NCBI GenBank assembly: GCA_040752575.1
Contig: JBFMGK010000028.1
Location: 1-39,583, forward strand
Direction of reading: 5' to 3'
Length of the DNA: 39,583 bases
Source of the DNA: Candidatus Bipolaricaulota bacterium
Lineage (GTDB): Bacteria > Bipolaricaulota > Bipolaricaulia > UBA7950 > UBA9294
Made by a program: the position numbers and the translations under genes. The notes beneath the pieces were generated by a model. The model saw nothing but the letters and a program-made list of their open reading frames with translations. It was not told where the DNA came from and searched no databases. Below are positions 1-8,660 of this stretch, piece by piece. Position 1 is the first letter of the stretch. Each line of letters begins with the position of its first letter.

Positions 1-387
1 GAGATGCCGGCCGTCGCCGATCCCGACGTTGCAGTCGCCCTGTGGGAGGCGGCACGAGGCGCGGGGCGAGCCCATCGGGGCATCGGGCTGTCTGTGGATG
101 CCTTCTACCGCGGCGTCCTCGATCTCGGCTTCACGACATACGCCGACGCGGGCGCGATCTGCGTCGAAATGGAGTGCTCGGCCTTGTTTGTGATTGGGGC
201 GATGCGCCGCGTGCGCACGGGAGCGATCGTGGCCATTGACGGCGACGCACGCGCCGCGTCGGCGGGCGAACACCACCCGGATCGGGACCTTGTCCGCGCA
301 GCGGTTGAGCGGGAGATCGACGTTGCGCTGGGCGCTGCGGCTCGCCTCGCTGCCGCGCGCGGGGCGGCGGAAGGAGCGTCAACGTGA
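1..387 (+). CDS. Nucleoside (uridine/purine) phosphorylase family protein, C-terminal part (5' truncated by window edge)
   Basis: Frame open from base 1; motifs SVDAFY and CVEMECSALF typical of the PNP/UDP phosphorylase family. Confidence 0.85.
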   Translation, partial: EMPAVADPDVAVALWEAARGAGRAHRGIGLSVDAFYRGVLDLGFTTYADAGAICVEMECSALFVIGAMRRVRTGAIVAIDGDARAASAGEHHPDRDLVRAAVEREIDVALGAAARLAAARGAAEGAST

Positions 388-560
388 TCGCGGGAGCGGT
401 CGTCAACATCCTGGTCCTTGCGGGTCTTGCTGCGCTCTTTGGGGGACTGCTGTGGAGAATCTACCGGCGGATGCGCGTTGACGCGACGCAACCCGCCCGG
501 CGTGGAGAGGAAGTCGATGTGCCACGCGATCCGGAGGGTCCGTCGTCGCCGAGTGCCTAG
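384..560 (+). CDS. Small (58 aa) single-pass membrane protein, not in ORF track
   Basis: GTG at 384 overlaps upstream stop (GTGA); SD AAGGAG at 371-376; MIAGAVVNILVLAGLAALFGGLLWRIYRRMR... is a hydrophobic helix followed by basic residues. Confidence 0.65.
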   Translation: MIAGAVVNILVLAGLAALFGGLLWRIYRRMRVDATQPARRGEEVDVPRDPEGPSSPSA

Positions 561-1015
561 GTGCCCGCGGCAAAGAGGAGAAACAGAACAAGGACGAGCG
601 CGAGACCGGCAAGCAGCGCAGCCAGCCACGGGACGGTCGGATCGGTCGCGTCGGCGAGCGGCGATGGGCAGCCCCTTGAGGCACAGTCCTCGACGGCGGC
701 GCGCAGACGGAGTTCATGGTCTCGCGTCGCCCCTACGAGAGCCGTCGAGCCGACGAAGATCACGGGGAAGTGCGAGGGCAGGACTCCGTACTGCCCTGCG
801 AGACTCCAGAGCAGCAGCGCGTCCGGATCCGAGTCTGTGATCGTGCGGAAGCCCACGTTGGGGTACGCCGCAGCGAGTTCCTCAAGGACAGGCTTCATCC
901 GCTCGCACTCGGGACAGCCCTCCTGCGTGAAGACGACGACGACCGGATCGGCGGCCAGAGCGCCGAGGGAGACCCCCGCAGCCAGCATGAGAACGACCAC
1001 AGTCCGCAGCGCCAT
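557..1015 (-). CDS. Exported, membrane-anchored thioredoxin/glutaredoxin-like protein
   Basis: SD GAGGAGG before ATG 1015; signal peptide ending ALA-A; VVFTQEGCPEC active site; FPVIFVG cis-Pro region; C-terminal TM helix. Confidence 0.8.
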   Translation of the reverse strand: MALRTVVVLMLAAGVSLGALAADPVVVVFTQEGCPECERMKPVLEELAAAYPNVGFRTITDSDPDALLLWSLAGQYGVLPSHFPVIFVGSTALVGATRDHELRLRAAVEDCASRGCPSPLADATDPTVPWLAALLAGLALVLVLFLLFAAGT

Positions 1016-1088
1016 CGCGAGACCTCCTCTGGGAATGATCGCCCGCCGGGCGGCGTGAGCGCAAGCCCGTGCCTTGAGCTGCCGCATC

Positions 1089-2003
1089 CTACGCTGAGGA
1101 TAGCCTACGTTGCAGCTCGGGAAGCGCGGCCCCGGCCGCCCGCTCACCGGCCTCGATGCCTTCCCTCGCGTGGCGGAAGCCGAGGGTGGATAGGGTAACG
1201 TCGGGCCGGATGAGGATCTCCGGCGGGTCCGCGGCCACGCGCAGTCGCAAGATCTCCTGCAGGAGGATGGAGATCGACTGGTTGAGGACGCTGTACACGC
1301 CGGGCAGCGGGCGCTCCGGCCGCTCTCGAAAGGCAGCTTCGAGGAACTCGGCAAGGTTGTTCGGCACCCAAGTCTGCTGGCTGAGGCCCTCGTGGACGTG
1401 CGATCCGATACGATTCCACACCGTGCGGCCGCGCGGGGTCGTCGGAATCGGACGCGGGGTGATGTCGACCGCAATGACGAAGGTGGCTCCCAGCCGGCGG
1501 CACTCCGAGATGGGCACGGGGTCGACCATGCCGCCGTCGACGAGAATCCGTCCCTCCCAGCGAACGGGGTGGAAGAGACCGGGAATGGCTGTCGAGGCTC
1601 GCAGGGCGTCTACCAGAGGGCCTCTGCGCAGTACGACGCGCTCTCCCGTGTCGATGTCGCACGCCACGGCGGCGAAGGGGAGCGGGAGATCCTCGATCCG
1701 TACGTTCCCGAACAACCCCACGAGGAGCTTGCGAAACTCGCTTCCCGAACTGAGCCCGGATCGCGGGAACGTCGGCAGGAGACCGCGGACCACCTTAGGA
1801 ATGCCGGTTGCGAGCCACTCTTGCTCTATGCGCTCGGTCGGCAGCCCGGCGGCGTAGGCGGCCCCGATGAGGGCTCCGATGCTGGATCCCGTTACGCACG
1901 ACGCAGCAATCCCTTCGCGCTGAAGGACCTTCAGGACTCCCGTATGGGCAGCTCCACGAGCGCCGCCTGAACCCAGGGCAAGCCCGATCCGTGTCTCATT
2001 CAT
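1089..2003 (-). CDS. Patatin-like phospholipase (RssA/NTE family)
   Basis: GLALGSGGARG oxyanion motif, GSSIG nucleophile, DGG motif; start at ATG 2003 or TTG 2027. Confidence 0.9.
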   Translation of the reverse strand: MNETRIGLALGSGGARGAAHTGVLKVLQREGIAASCVTGSSIGALIGAAYAAGLPTERIEQEWLATGIPKVVRGLLPTFPRSGLSSGSEFRKLLVGLFGNVRIEDLPLPFAAVACDIDTGERVVLRRGPLVDALRASTAIPGLFHPVRWEGRILVDGGMVDPVPISECRRLGATFVIAVDITPRPIPTTPRGRTVWNRIGSHVHEGLSQQTWVPNNLAEFLEAAFRERPERPLPGVYSVLNQSISILLQEILRLRVAADPPEILIRPDVTLSTLGFRHAREGIEAGERAAGAALPELQRRLSSA

Positions 2004-2055
2004 TCGAGGAGATGCTTGCACCTCCAAGCCGCGGACATCGACCTCGAGACCGCGG

Positions 2056-2113
2056 CAAAAGAGGACAGCAGCCTCGATTCTCGGTGGGCTTGCTCGGAGG
2101 CTGCTGTCGTCTC
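2056..2113 (-). terminator. Probable intrinsic terminator of the Lys-rich mini-gene
   Basis: 12-bp inverted repeat GACAGCAGCCTC (2064-2075) / GAGGCTGCTGTC (2097-2108), followed on the minus strand by CTCTTTT. Confidence 0.65.
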
Positions 2114-2120
2114 AACCCAG

Positions 2121-2201
2121 CTACTTCGCCTTCTTGGGCGCTGGCTTCTTCGGAGCCGCTTTCTTCGCAGCTGGCTTCTTCGCCGCGGGCTTCTTGGTCA
2201 T
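2121..2201 (-). CDS. 26-aa Lys/Ala/Pro-rich histone-H1-like peptide MTKKPAAKKPAAKKAAPKKPAPKKAK (not in ORF track)
   Basis: SD AAGGAGGTG (2208-2216) 6 nt before ATG; own consensus promoter and terminator; synonymous codon variation among KKPAA repeats. Confidence 0.8.
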   Translation of the reverse strand: MTKKPAAKKPAAKKAAPKKPAPKKAK

Positions 2202-2259
2202 CCGTGCCACCTCCTTCGGTGACGTGCTATGTGCGCACTTGCCTAAATGCGCACTTGGC

Positions 2260-2287
2260 ATTATACTCAGTCATAAGGCCCTGTCAA
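2260..2287 (-). promoter_or_regulatory. Consensus sigma70 promoter for the Lys-rich mini-gene
   Basis: TTGACA (2287-2282) - 16 nt - TATAAT (2265-2260). Confidence 0.85.
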
Positions 2288-2328
2288 GAGTAACGGCGTC
2301 TTCTGGGGCCGCGCTAGGGAGGAGCCGC

Positions 2329-2604
2329 ATGACCGACCCACACGCCGCCTTCTTCAAATCCCTATCCAGTCGCTCAAGAACGTCGATCCTTCGCCTCCTT
2401 TCGCAGAACGGGGAGATGTCGGTCGAGGAGCTGACCGCCGCACTCGAACTGGCGGGGCCGACGGTGTCACGCCACCTGCAGGTCCTACGGCAACAGGAAC
2501 TTGTGGCCGTGCGCCGGGACGCGCAGACGCGCTACTACTCGGTCGACGCCAAGCGTCTCGAGCAGAGGCTGCAGGACTTCCTTCGCTTTCTCGTCGAACC
2601 GTGA
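2329..2604 (+). CDS. ArsR/SmtB family transcriptional regulator
   Basis: SD GGAGGAG before ATG 2329; wHTH pattern R..IL.LL...EMSV.EL...VSRHLQVLR...LV..RR....RYYS. Confidence 0.9.
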   Translation: MTDPHAAFFKSLSSRSRTSILRLLSQNGEMSVEELTAALELAGPTVSRHLQVLRQQELVAVRRDAQTRYYSVDAKRLEQRLQDFLRFLVEP

Positions 2605-2628
2605 GGAGTGGCACGAGGGAGGCGACGG

Positions 2629-3546
2629 ATGGCGCACGTTCATGAAGCTTTCGATCACGGCGCCGCGGAACGCCGCATCGGTTTTGCCTTCGCTCTGAAT
2701 CTTGCGTTTGCCGTCGTTGAGGTCGCCGGCGCCCTGCTGACACGGAGTACGGCCGTGCTCGCGGACGGGCTTCACGATGCGGGTGACGCCTTGGCGTTGG
2801 CTCTGAGTTGGCGGCTCGAACGCATCGCGCAACGGCAGGGCGATGAGCGATTCACGTTCGGATATCGGCGCTTCTCCCTCTTGGGTGCGCTCTCGCTTTC
2901 GGTCTTCCTTCTCGTCGGCGGGGTGTTCGTCGTGCTCGAAGCGGTGCCCAAACTCCTCGCGCCCGGGAACCCCGAGCCGCGAGGCATGATGATGCTTGCC
3001 GGAGCAGGGATTCTCGTCAACGGAGTGGCCGCGTGGCGGCTGCACGGCGGCGGCTCGCTCCACGAGCGTCTCGTGACGTGGCATCTCCTCGAGGACGTCC
3101 TGGGCTGGGCGGCCGTGCTCGTGACGGCGTCCCTCATGATCTGGTTCGACCTTCCGATCCTTGATCCCATTCTGAGTCTGGCGATTACCGGCGTGGTGGC
3201 GTGGAATGTCGTCCGGCGGCTACGCCAGACCCTCGTGGTCCTGCTCCAGGGCGTGCCGGGGGGCGTGACGATCGGCGAGATCGAAGACGCGATGCGGGCC
3301 GTTCCGGGCGTGTGCGACGTGCACCACGTGCACGTCTGGTCGCAGGACGGCGAGCACCATGTTCTTACCGGACACGTCGTGATTGCCTCTGCGGATTTCA
3401 ATAACGCGGTCGACGAGACCCGCCGACGCGTGAAGGAAGAACTCCGACGCCAGGGCATCGAACACGCGACGCTCGAGTTCGAGAGCCGGGACGGTCCCCC
3501 CTGTTCCGACGGCGACCCCGCCTGCCGGCGAAGTGAGGAACCGTGA
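2629..3546 (+). CDS. Cation diffusion facilitator (Zn/Co/Cd efflux, CzcD/ZitB-like)
   Basis: LADGLHDAGD, TFGYRR, HLLEDVLGW, DPILS, VHHVHVW and HATLEFE motifs; SD GGGAGG. Confidence 0.93.
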   Translation: MAHVHEAFDHGAAERRIGFAFALNLAFAVVEVAGALLTRSTAVLADGLHDAGDALALALSWRLERIAQRQGDERFTFGYRRFSLLGALSLSVFLLVGGVFVVLEAVPKLLAPGNPEPRGMMMLAGAGILVNGVAAWRLHGGGSLHERLVTWHLLEDVLGWAAVLVTASLMIWFDLPILDPILSLAITGVVAWNVVRRLRQTLVVLLQGVPGGVTIGEIEDAMRAVPGVCDVHHVHVWSQDGEHHVLTGHVVIASADFNNAVDETRRRVKEELRRQGIEHATLEFESRDGPPCSDGDPACRRSEEP

Positions 3547-4730
3547 GCCGCGTAGCTCTGGTTCGATGCACGTCCTATGAGCCGCAGGAGGTGCTCTTGG
3601 CCGTCGAGAAGGCCGTCGAACTCCTCGGCGGCGTCGAACGGTTTGCCCGGCCCGGCGAGCACGTTCTCCTGAAGCCGAATCTACTCTACGGACGCGCTCC
3701 CGAACGCGCGGTCACGACCCACCCCAGTGTCCTGTCTGCCGTGATCCGCATCCTTCAGGGTGCGGGTGCGATCGTGAGCTACGGCGACTCGCCGGGACTC
3801 GGATCCCCGGCGGCTGCGGCATCCGTGGCGGGCCTCGCGGAGGCGGCCGCCGCATTGGGCGTCGAGCTTGCGGACTTCGAGACTCCCGAGACGGTCTCCT
3901 GCTCGGCCTGCCGCCTCGTGAGGCAGTTCACCGTCGCCCGCGCCGCGCTGCGCGCCGACGCGATCATTTCTCTGCCCAAACTCAAGACCCACGGGCTGAC
4001 GCGGATGACTGGCGCGCTGAAGAACCTCTACGGGTGCGTTCCGGGCCTCTTGAAGGCAGAGTTTCACGGACGGCTCCCGGACGTCGAACTCTTCTCGCGG
4101 ATGCTCGTCGACCTCCATCTGTTGCTGCGCCCTCGATTGCACGTCATGGATGCGGTCGTGGCCATGGAAGGAAACGGCCCCGGGCACGGGCGGCCGCGAC
4201 CGCTCAACGCCATCCTCGCGTCCGAGGACCCCGTGGCGCTCGACGCGACGGCGTGCCGGATGATCCGTCTCGACCCCTCTGCGGTTCCGCCGATCGTCCG
4301 CGGAGAGGCCGAAGGGATAGGGTCCTCCCGAAACGTCGAGATCGTCGGCGCCTCGCTCGACACGTTCGTCGTCGAGGACTTCGACGTCCGGCGAACACCC
4401 GAGCGAGGCCGCCGAAGAACCCTGCGATCGGCGTTGCTCCTCGGCTTCGCGCGCCGATTCCTGGTTGCCCGCCCCGTGATTCGCCACTCGCGATGCACGC
4501 GTTGCGGACAGTGCGTCGACGTGTGCCCGGTCTCACCGAAGGCGGTGGACTTCAGCGGCGACCGCTCGAAGCCGCCGTCCCATCACTACGAGCGGTGTAT
4601 CCGCTGCTACTGCTGTCAGGAGCTCTGCCCCGCCGGCGCGATCGAGATCTACGTTCCGCGGCTCGGGCGTGCGGTGCGTCGCGGGGCGAGCATGCCCAGG
4701 GGGCACGGACGGCGCGACGCGGGCGGTTAG
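3543..4730 (+). CDS. DUF362 domain protein with C-terminal 2x[4Fe-4S] ferredoxin domain
   Basis: VLLKPNL, TTHP, PKLKTH, TGALKNLYG, MEGNGP; CTRCGQCVDVCP and CIRCYCCQELCP. Confidence 0.9.
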   Translation: MSRVALVRCTSYEPQEVLLAVEKAVELLGGVERFARPGEHVLLKPNLLYGRAPERAVTTHPSVLSAVIRILQGAGAIVSYGDSPGLGSPAAAASVAGLAEAAAALGVELADFETPETVSCSACRLVRQFTVARAALRADAIISLPKLKTHGLTRMTGALKNLYGCVPGLLKAEFHGRLPDVELFSRMLVDLHLLLRPRLHVMDAVVAMEGNGPGHGRPRPLNAILASEDPVALDATACRMIRLDPSAVPPIVRGEAEGIGSSRNVEIVGASLDTFVVEDFDVRRTPERGRRRTLRSALLLGFARRFLVARPVIRHSRCTRCGQCVDVCPVSPKAVDFSGDRSKPPSHHYERCIRCYCCQELCPAGAIEIYVPRLGRAVRRGASMPRGHGRRDAGG

Positions 4731-6343
4731 CCCGGCGCGGCGGGAGGGCGAGCGACGCGCACCGCATCCCGCCCCGTGTGCTTGGCCTCATAGAGGGCGC
4801 GATCCACAGCTTGCAGTAAGTCATCGTCGGTCTCGGCGTGAGCTGGGAACGAGGCCACGCCGATCGACAGCGTGACCGGGACCCCGCATCGCGTCTCGAG
4901 CACGAGGTTCGCAAAGGACTCTCGAATCTCCTCGGCGCGTGCGGCTGCAACCTCGGTCGGCGTCCCGGGGAGGACCAGGAGGAACTCCTCGCCCCCGTAG
5001 CGGCACGCCGCGTCCCCGGCGCGCGTCCTTTCCCGCAGGAGCGCGCCCAGACGCGCGAGCAGGCGGTCGCCCTCGCGGTGGCCGCGTCGGTCGTTCACGA
5101 CCTTGAAGTGGTCGAGGTCGATCATGATGACCGAGACCGATTGCCCGGAATGACGCGCACGCTCCAGTTCGCGTGGCAGGACTTCGTCGAGATAGCGGCG
5201 ATTGAACAGGCCCGTGAGTCCATCGCGAATCGCCTGCTCACGCAGTTCCTCTTGCAGCGATTCCACTCGGCGGATTTGCGCCCCCAGGCGGTCGTTGACT
5301 ATGCGCAACTCCGCCTCGGTGAGAAACCGCGGCGTGATGTCGCGAAGAACCACGAGACATCCGCTGGGGCGGCCGCGGTCGCGCAACGGGGTCACGCGGA
5401 CGTCGGCTACGACCAACGGCTCTTGAGACAAGGTCGCCTCGAAGTGCCGATCGGCCGGCTTGCCGCACGAGAGTCCGAGACGGTCCCAGGATGCGACGGC
5501 GTAGCGGGCCTCGCGTCCGAGGGAAGAGGCGTCGAGACGAAGGAGGCGGAGCGCTGCCGCGTTGGCATCCGCGATGCGGCCGCGGGCATCAAGAACCAGG
5601 ACGGCGTCGGGCATTTGCTCCATGAGGCGATCGCGCGCCACCGGCACAAGGTCAAAGACGCGCAGGAAACCGAGACTCGCGAGAAACACGAGCCCCGTCA
5701 GCAGAAACGAGATCGGCACGAGGTTGATCCCGGCGAGCATTGGGGGAGCGATCACGTAGAGAAGCCCGCCGACAAGAGGAAACAGCGCGGCGAGGAGGAC
5801 AGTGCCGGCCTGGCGGCGCCGCGCAGTGCCGGGACGCAACGCTGGGGCCATAAGGTACGCACAGGCGACGAGGATGTAGGCGTAGATTTGGCCGACGATC
5901 AGATAGAAGGCAGGTCCGTGGGCGTAGATCACGGCGTTCGAGCCCGCGGGCCCAGGGGAAAACGAGGGCCACACCCAGCCGTGAAGTTCATTCGTGGAGA
6001 CCGCGGCGACTGCCAACGCCGCGGGAATCCAGAGCAGGACGCGTCGAGTTCCCCGAAGCCAACGGTCTCTCCCGGCGTACCTCGCCGCGAACCAAAGAAA
6101 CAGCGCGGCGGTGGCTCCTGAACCTGCGTACTCCAGTTTCGACCAGAAGATCTTCCACTCGAGGGATACGAACCCCGCCTCGTTGCCGGCGACCAACGCG
6201 TAACCCGCCACGGCAAGGAAGAGGGCGGCGAAAGGGCCGCCTCCGGCAAACGATCTGCGGCTCCACGCGAGGCCGAACACGACGAGCGAAAGGCCGGCCG
6301 TGACGTAGAGAGCGCCTGCCTCGGGCGTTAGAATCCATTGCAT
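4727..6343 (-). CDS. Membrane diguanylate cyclase (HisKA_7TM-like, PAS, GGDEF)
   Basis: N-terminal TM helices with TNELHGW; PAS; DGLTGLFNRRY, DLDHFKVVND, RAGD I-site and GGEEF. Confidence 0.93.
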   Translation of the reverse strand: MQWILTPEAGALYVTAGLSLVVFGLAWSRRSFAGGGPFAALFLAVAGYALVAGNEAGFVSLEWKIFWSKLEYAGSGATAALFLWFAARYAGRDRWLRGTRRVLLWIPAALAVAAVSTNELHGWVWPSFSPGPAGSNAVIYAHGPAFYLIVGQIYAYILVACAYLMAPALRPGTARRRQAGTVLLAALFPLVGGLLYVIAPPMLAGINLVPISFLLTGLVFLASLGFLRVFDLVPVARDRLMEQMPDAVLVLDARGRIADANAAALRLLRLDASSLGREARYAVASWDRLGLSCGKPADRHFEATLSQEPLVVADVRVTPLRDRGRPSGCLVVLRDITPRFLTEAELRIVNDRLGAQIRRVESLQEELREQAIRDGLTGLFNRRYLDEVLPRELERARHSGQSVSVIMIDLDHFKVVNDRRGHREGDRLLARLGALLRERTRAGDAACRYGGEEFLLVLPGTPTEVAAARAEEIRESFANLVLETRCGVPVTLSIGVASFPAHAETDDDLLQAVDRALYEAKHTGRDAVRVARPPAAPG

Positions 6344-6440
6344 ACGGCGATTCTACCACGCCGAGAGCGCCGTTGGGCCATGCCGCAGTGGGAACGCGTG
6401 TTTCGGAGCCGCGCTCCGTCGAGCCGGCTTCGCGCGCCGT

Positions 6441-6899
6441 TCACGCCGAAACAAGTCCCCATCCTCGGACGCCGAGGAGGAGCAATCCCATCTTCAGTGC
6501 CGTGGCCATCCCGGACGCAATGGCGAACAGCACCGGACGACGCCCGATCAGTGCGAACAAGTAGAGCGAGGCCGTGTCCGGGAATCCTGGAATGCTGAGA
6601 AGCGCGAACACCGCGACGACGCCGAAACGACGTACAAAGCGTTCACTCCACGCGAGGGCCCTCTGCATCCACAGGTGTCTCTCCACCGTACGACGAAAGC
6701 GTTCGGTGTCCTTCAGACGATCGCCAAGGAACAGGATCAAGTAGGAGCCGAAAGCCTTTCCCGCCACGGCGAAGAGGAAGATGCCGACGAGGGGAAGGTG
6801 GGCGTGGCCGAGCACGGCAATTCCGCTGGGCGTGGGAAGCACAACGGCCGTACCGAATTCGTAGAGGAAGACCAGGCACAGCGCTCCGAACGTAGCCAC
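6441..6899 (-). CDS. DedA/VTT (SNARE-associated-like) membrane protein
   Basis: Hydrophobic helices; VVLPTP, GK..GS...FLG, RFG...VF....IPGFPD pattern. Confidence 0.75.
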   Translation of the reverse strand: MATFGALCLVFLYEFGTAVVLPTPSGIAVLGHAHLPLVGIFLFAVAGKAFGSYLILFLGDRLKDTERFRRTVERHLWMQRALAWSERFVRRFGVVAVFALLSIPGFPDTASLYLFALIGRRPVLFAIASGMATALKMGLLLLGVRGWGLVSA

Positions 6900-6939
6900 G
6901 AGTCAACGTACTGCACGCGACAGCAATGGGCAACGCGCG

Positions 6940-7527
6940 TCACGAACCCAAGAACTCGCGGATCCCCGAGAGGAGCATCTGGACGGCGACCGTCATCAGG
7001 ATCATGCCCATCAGGCGTTCGATCGCGACGAGACCGCGCGGACGAAGGACCCGGCGGAGGCCTTCGGCGCTTACGAGGACAAGCGTTGAGACACTCCATG
7101 CGCCGGCAAGAGCGGCCGTCCAGGCGAGAAGGCGCGATGGCTCACGCGTCGCGATCAGCATGACCGTGGCGAGGGCGGACGGGCCGGCGATGAGAGGAAT
7201 GGCGATCGGCACGATGAACGGCTCGCCCTTGGGTGCGGCGCCGAACAGCCCTCCCGGCGTCGGGAAGACCATCCGGAGGGCGATCAAGAACAGGACGACG
7301 CCCCCAGCGATCCCGAGGGCCTCCTGAGAGATGCCGAGCATGCCCAGCAGATAGCGTCCCAGATAGAGGAACACAAGAAGGAACCCCAACGCGAACGCCG
7401 ACTCGCGAAGCAGGATCCTCTTCCTTCTCTCGGGAGGCACGTTCTCGAGAAGGACAAGCAGGAGCGGCACGTTGCCCAAGGGGTCCATCACGAGAAGCAT
7501 CAACAAGAGCGCCGAGACGAGCGTCAT
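6940..7527 (-). CDS. marC: MarC family membrane protein
   Basis: MDPLGNVP, IAGGVVLFLIAL, VPIAIPLIAGPSA, ERLMGMIL; SD GAGGAGG. Confidence 0.92.
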   Translation of the reverse strand: MTLVSALLLMLLVMDPLGNVPLLLVLLENVPPERRKRILLRESAFALGFLLVFLYLGRYLLGMLGISQEALGIAGGVVLFLIALRMVFPTPGGLFGAAPKGEPFIVPIAIPLIAGPSALATVMLIATREPSRLLAWTAALAGAWSVSTLVLVSAEGLRRVLRPRGLVAIERLMGMILMTVAVQMLLSGIREFLGS

Positions 7528-7591
7528 TTGCCTCCTCGTCGAGGCTCCTGCCCATGCACGGCACCGGACGGGCCTCGTCGCGGCGCCGTTG

Positions 7592-8656
7592 CTACATGCC
7601 GAGGACGCCGAAGATCACCCATGCGGCACCGAGCGCCACCACCGTGTTGAAGACGGTTGCCGTAAGGTAGACGGCCACGGGCCGCCAACCCAGCGAACCG
7701 AGTTCACGGAGCGAGAGCTCCATTCCGATCGATAGGAACGCCAACGTGAACGCCCATTTCGAGAGGCCCTTCAGCACGGACACGGCGCCGCCGCTCAGGA
7801 CGCCGATCGACGCGAGCACCGATACCAGCACGAAACCGAGGATGAACTTCGGGAACCGATCCCAAATCATCACCGCGCTGGGGCGTTCCGAGGGCTTGCG
7901 TTCGACCTTGACGACGAAGTACGTGGCAAGCAGGAAGGCGGCGACGCCGATGAGCGCGTTCTGGGCCATCTTGACGACGGACGCAACCTCTTGCGCGGCG
8001 GCGCCGTGCAGGGTCCCGGCGCCGACCACCGCCGCTGTCGTGTCGATGTTGCCGCCGAACCACGCTCCGGCCACGACGTCCGAGAGGCCCATGGCCCGAG
8101 CGAGCCACGGCATGAGGACCATCAGCGGCAGCGCCGTGACGATGACGAGTGCGGTGACATAGGTGACGTCTTTCCTTTTCGCGAGGACGGCGCCAGCCGC
8201 GGCGATGGCTGCCGAGACGCCGCAAATCGAGACCGCCGCTGCCATCACGGCCTTCAGCTGCTCGGGAAGCTTCATCCGCGTGGCGGCCCACCACGTGAAG
8301 AGGAACACGGATGTCACAAGAACGAGAGCCTGCAGAAGGCCCCCGGCGCCCTGCCTCATGATGACCCCGATGTTCAGCCCGGCGGCCATCAGGACGAGCC
8401 CGACCTTGAGGAAGAACTCGGTGCGCAGGACGGGGCGCACGGCCTCGTGGGTCTTTGTCGCTCGCAGGAGGGCGTTCACAAGGAGTCCGACAAGGACTGC
8501 GACGAGGGGGTACTCGAGAGGGTTTTGCGCAACTCCACGGCGGAGAAAAGCCCCGGCGATCCCCGCGTCGAGTTCCGCGACAAGCACCGCAAGAGCGGCA
8601 AGCAGAACCAGTCCCACGATCCAGCGAACCGCGCCGCGAGGAGTGTTCATCCTCAC
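7592..8656 (-). CDS. YeiH / putative sulfate exporter family membrane protein
   Basis: SICGVSAAIAA, GAWFGGNIDTTAAVVGAG, VKMAQN, FPKFILGF; start at GTG 8656 or ATG 8650. Confidence 0.9.
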   Translation of the reverse strand: MRMNTPRGAVRWIVGLVLLAALAVLVAELDAGIAGAFLRRGVAQNPLEYPLVAVLVGLLVNALLRATKTHEAVRPVLRTEFFLKVGLVLMAAGLNIGVIMRQGAGGLLQALVLVTSVFLFTWWAATRMKLPEQLKAVMAAAVSICGVSAAIAAAGAVLAKRKDVTYVTALVIVTALPLMVLMPWLARAMGLSDVVAGAWFGGNIDTTAAVVGAGTLHGAAAQEVASVVKMAQNALIGVAAFLLATYFVVKVERKPSERPSAVMIWDRFPKFILGFVLVSVLASIGVLSGGAVSVLKGLSKWAFTLAFLSIGMELSLRELGSLGWRPVAVYLTATVFNTVVALGAAWVIFGVLGM

Positions 8657-8660
8657 CTTC

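Noticed and set aside
2121..2201. CRISPR or VNTR interpretation of the 15-nt periodic GGCTTCTT repeats
   Set aside because: No unique spacers; periodicity is explained by KKPAA codons with synonymous variation
2134..2328. ORF-track N-terminal extension of ArsR (MGAGFFGAAFFAAGFF...)
   Set aside because: It is the antisense reading of the Lys-rich mini-gene; ArsR has its own SD and ATG at 2329
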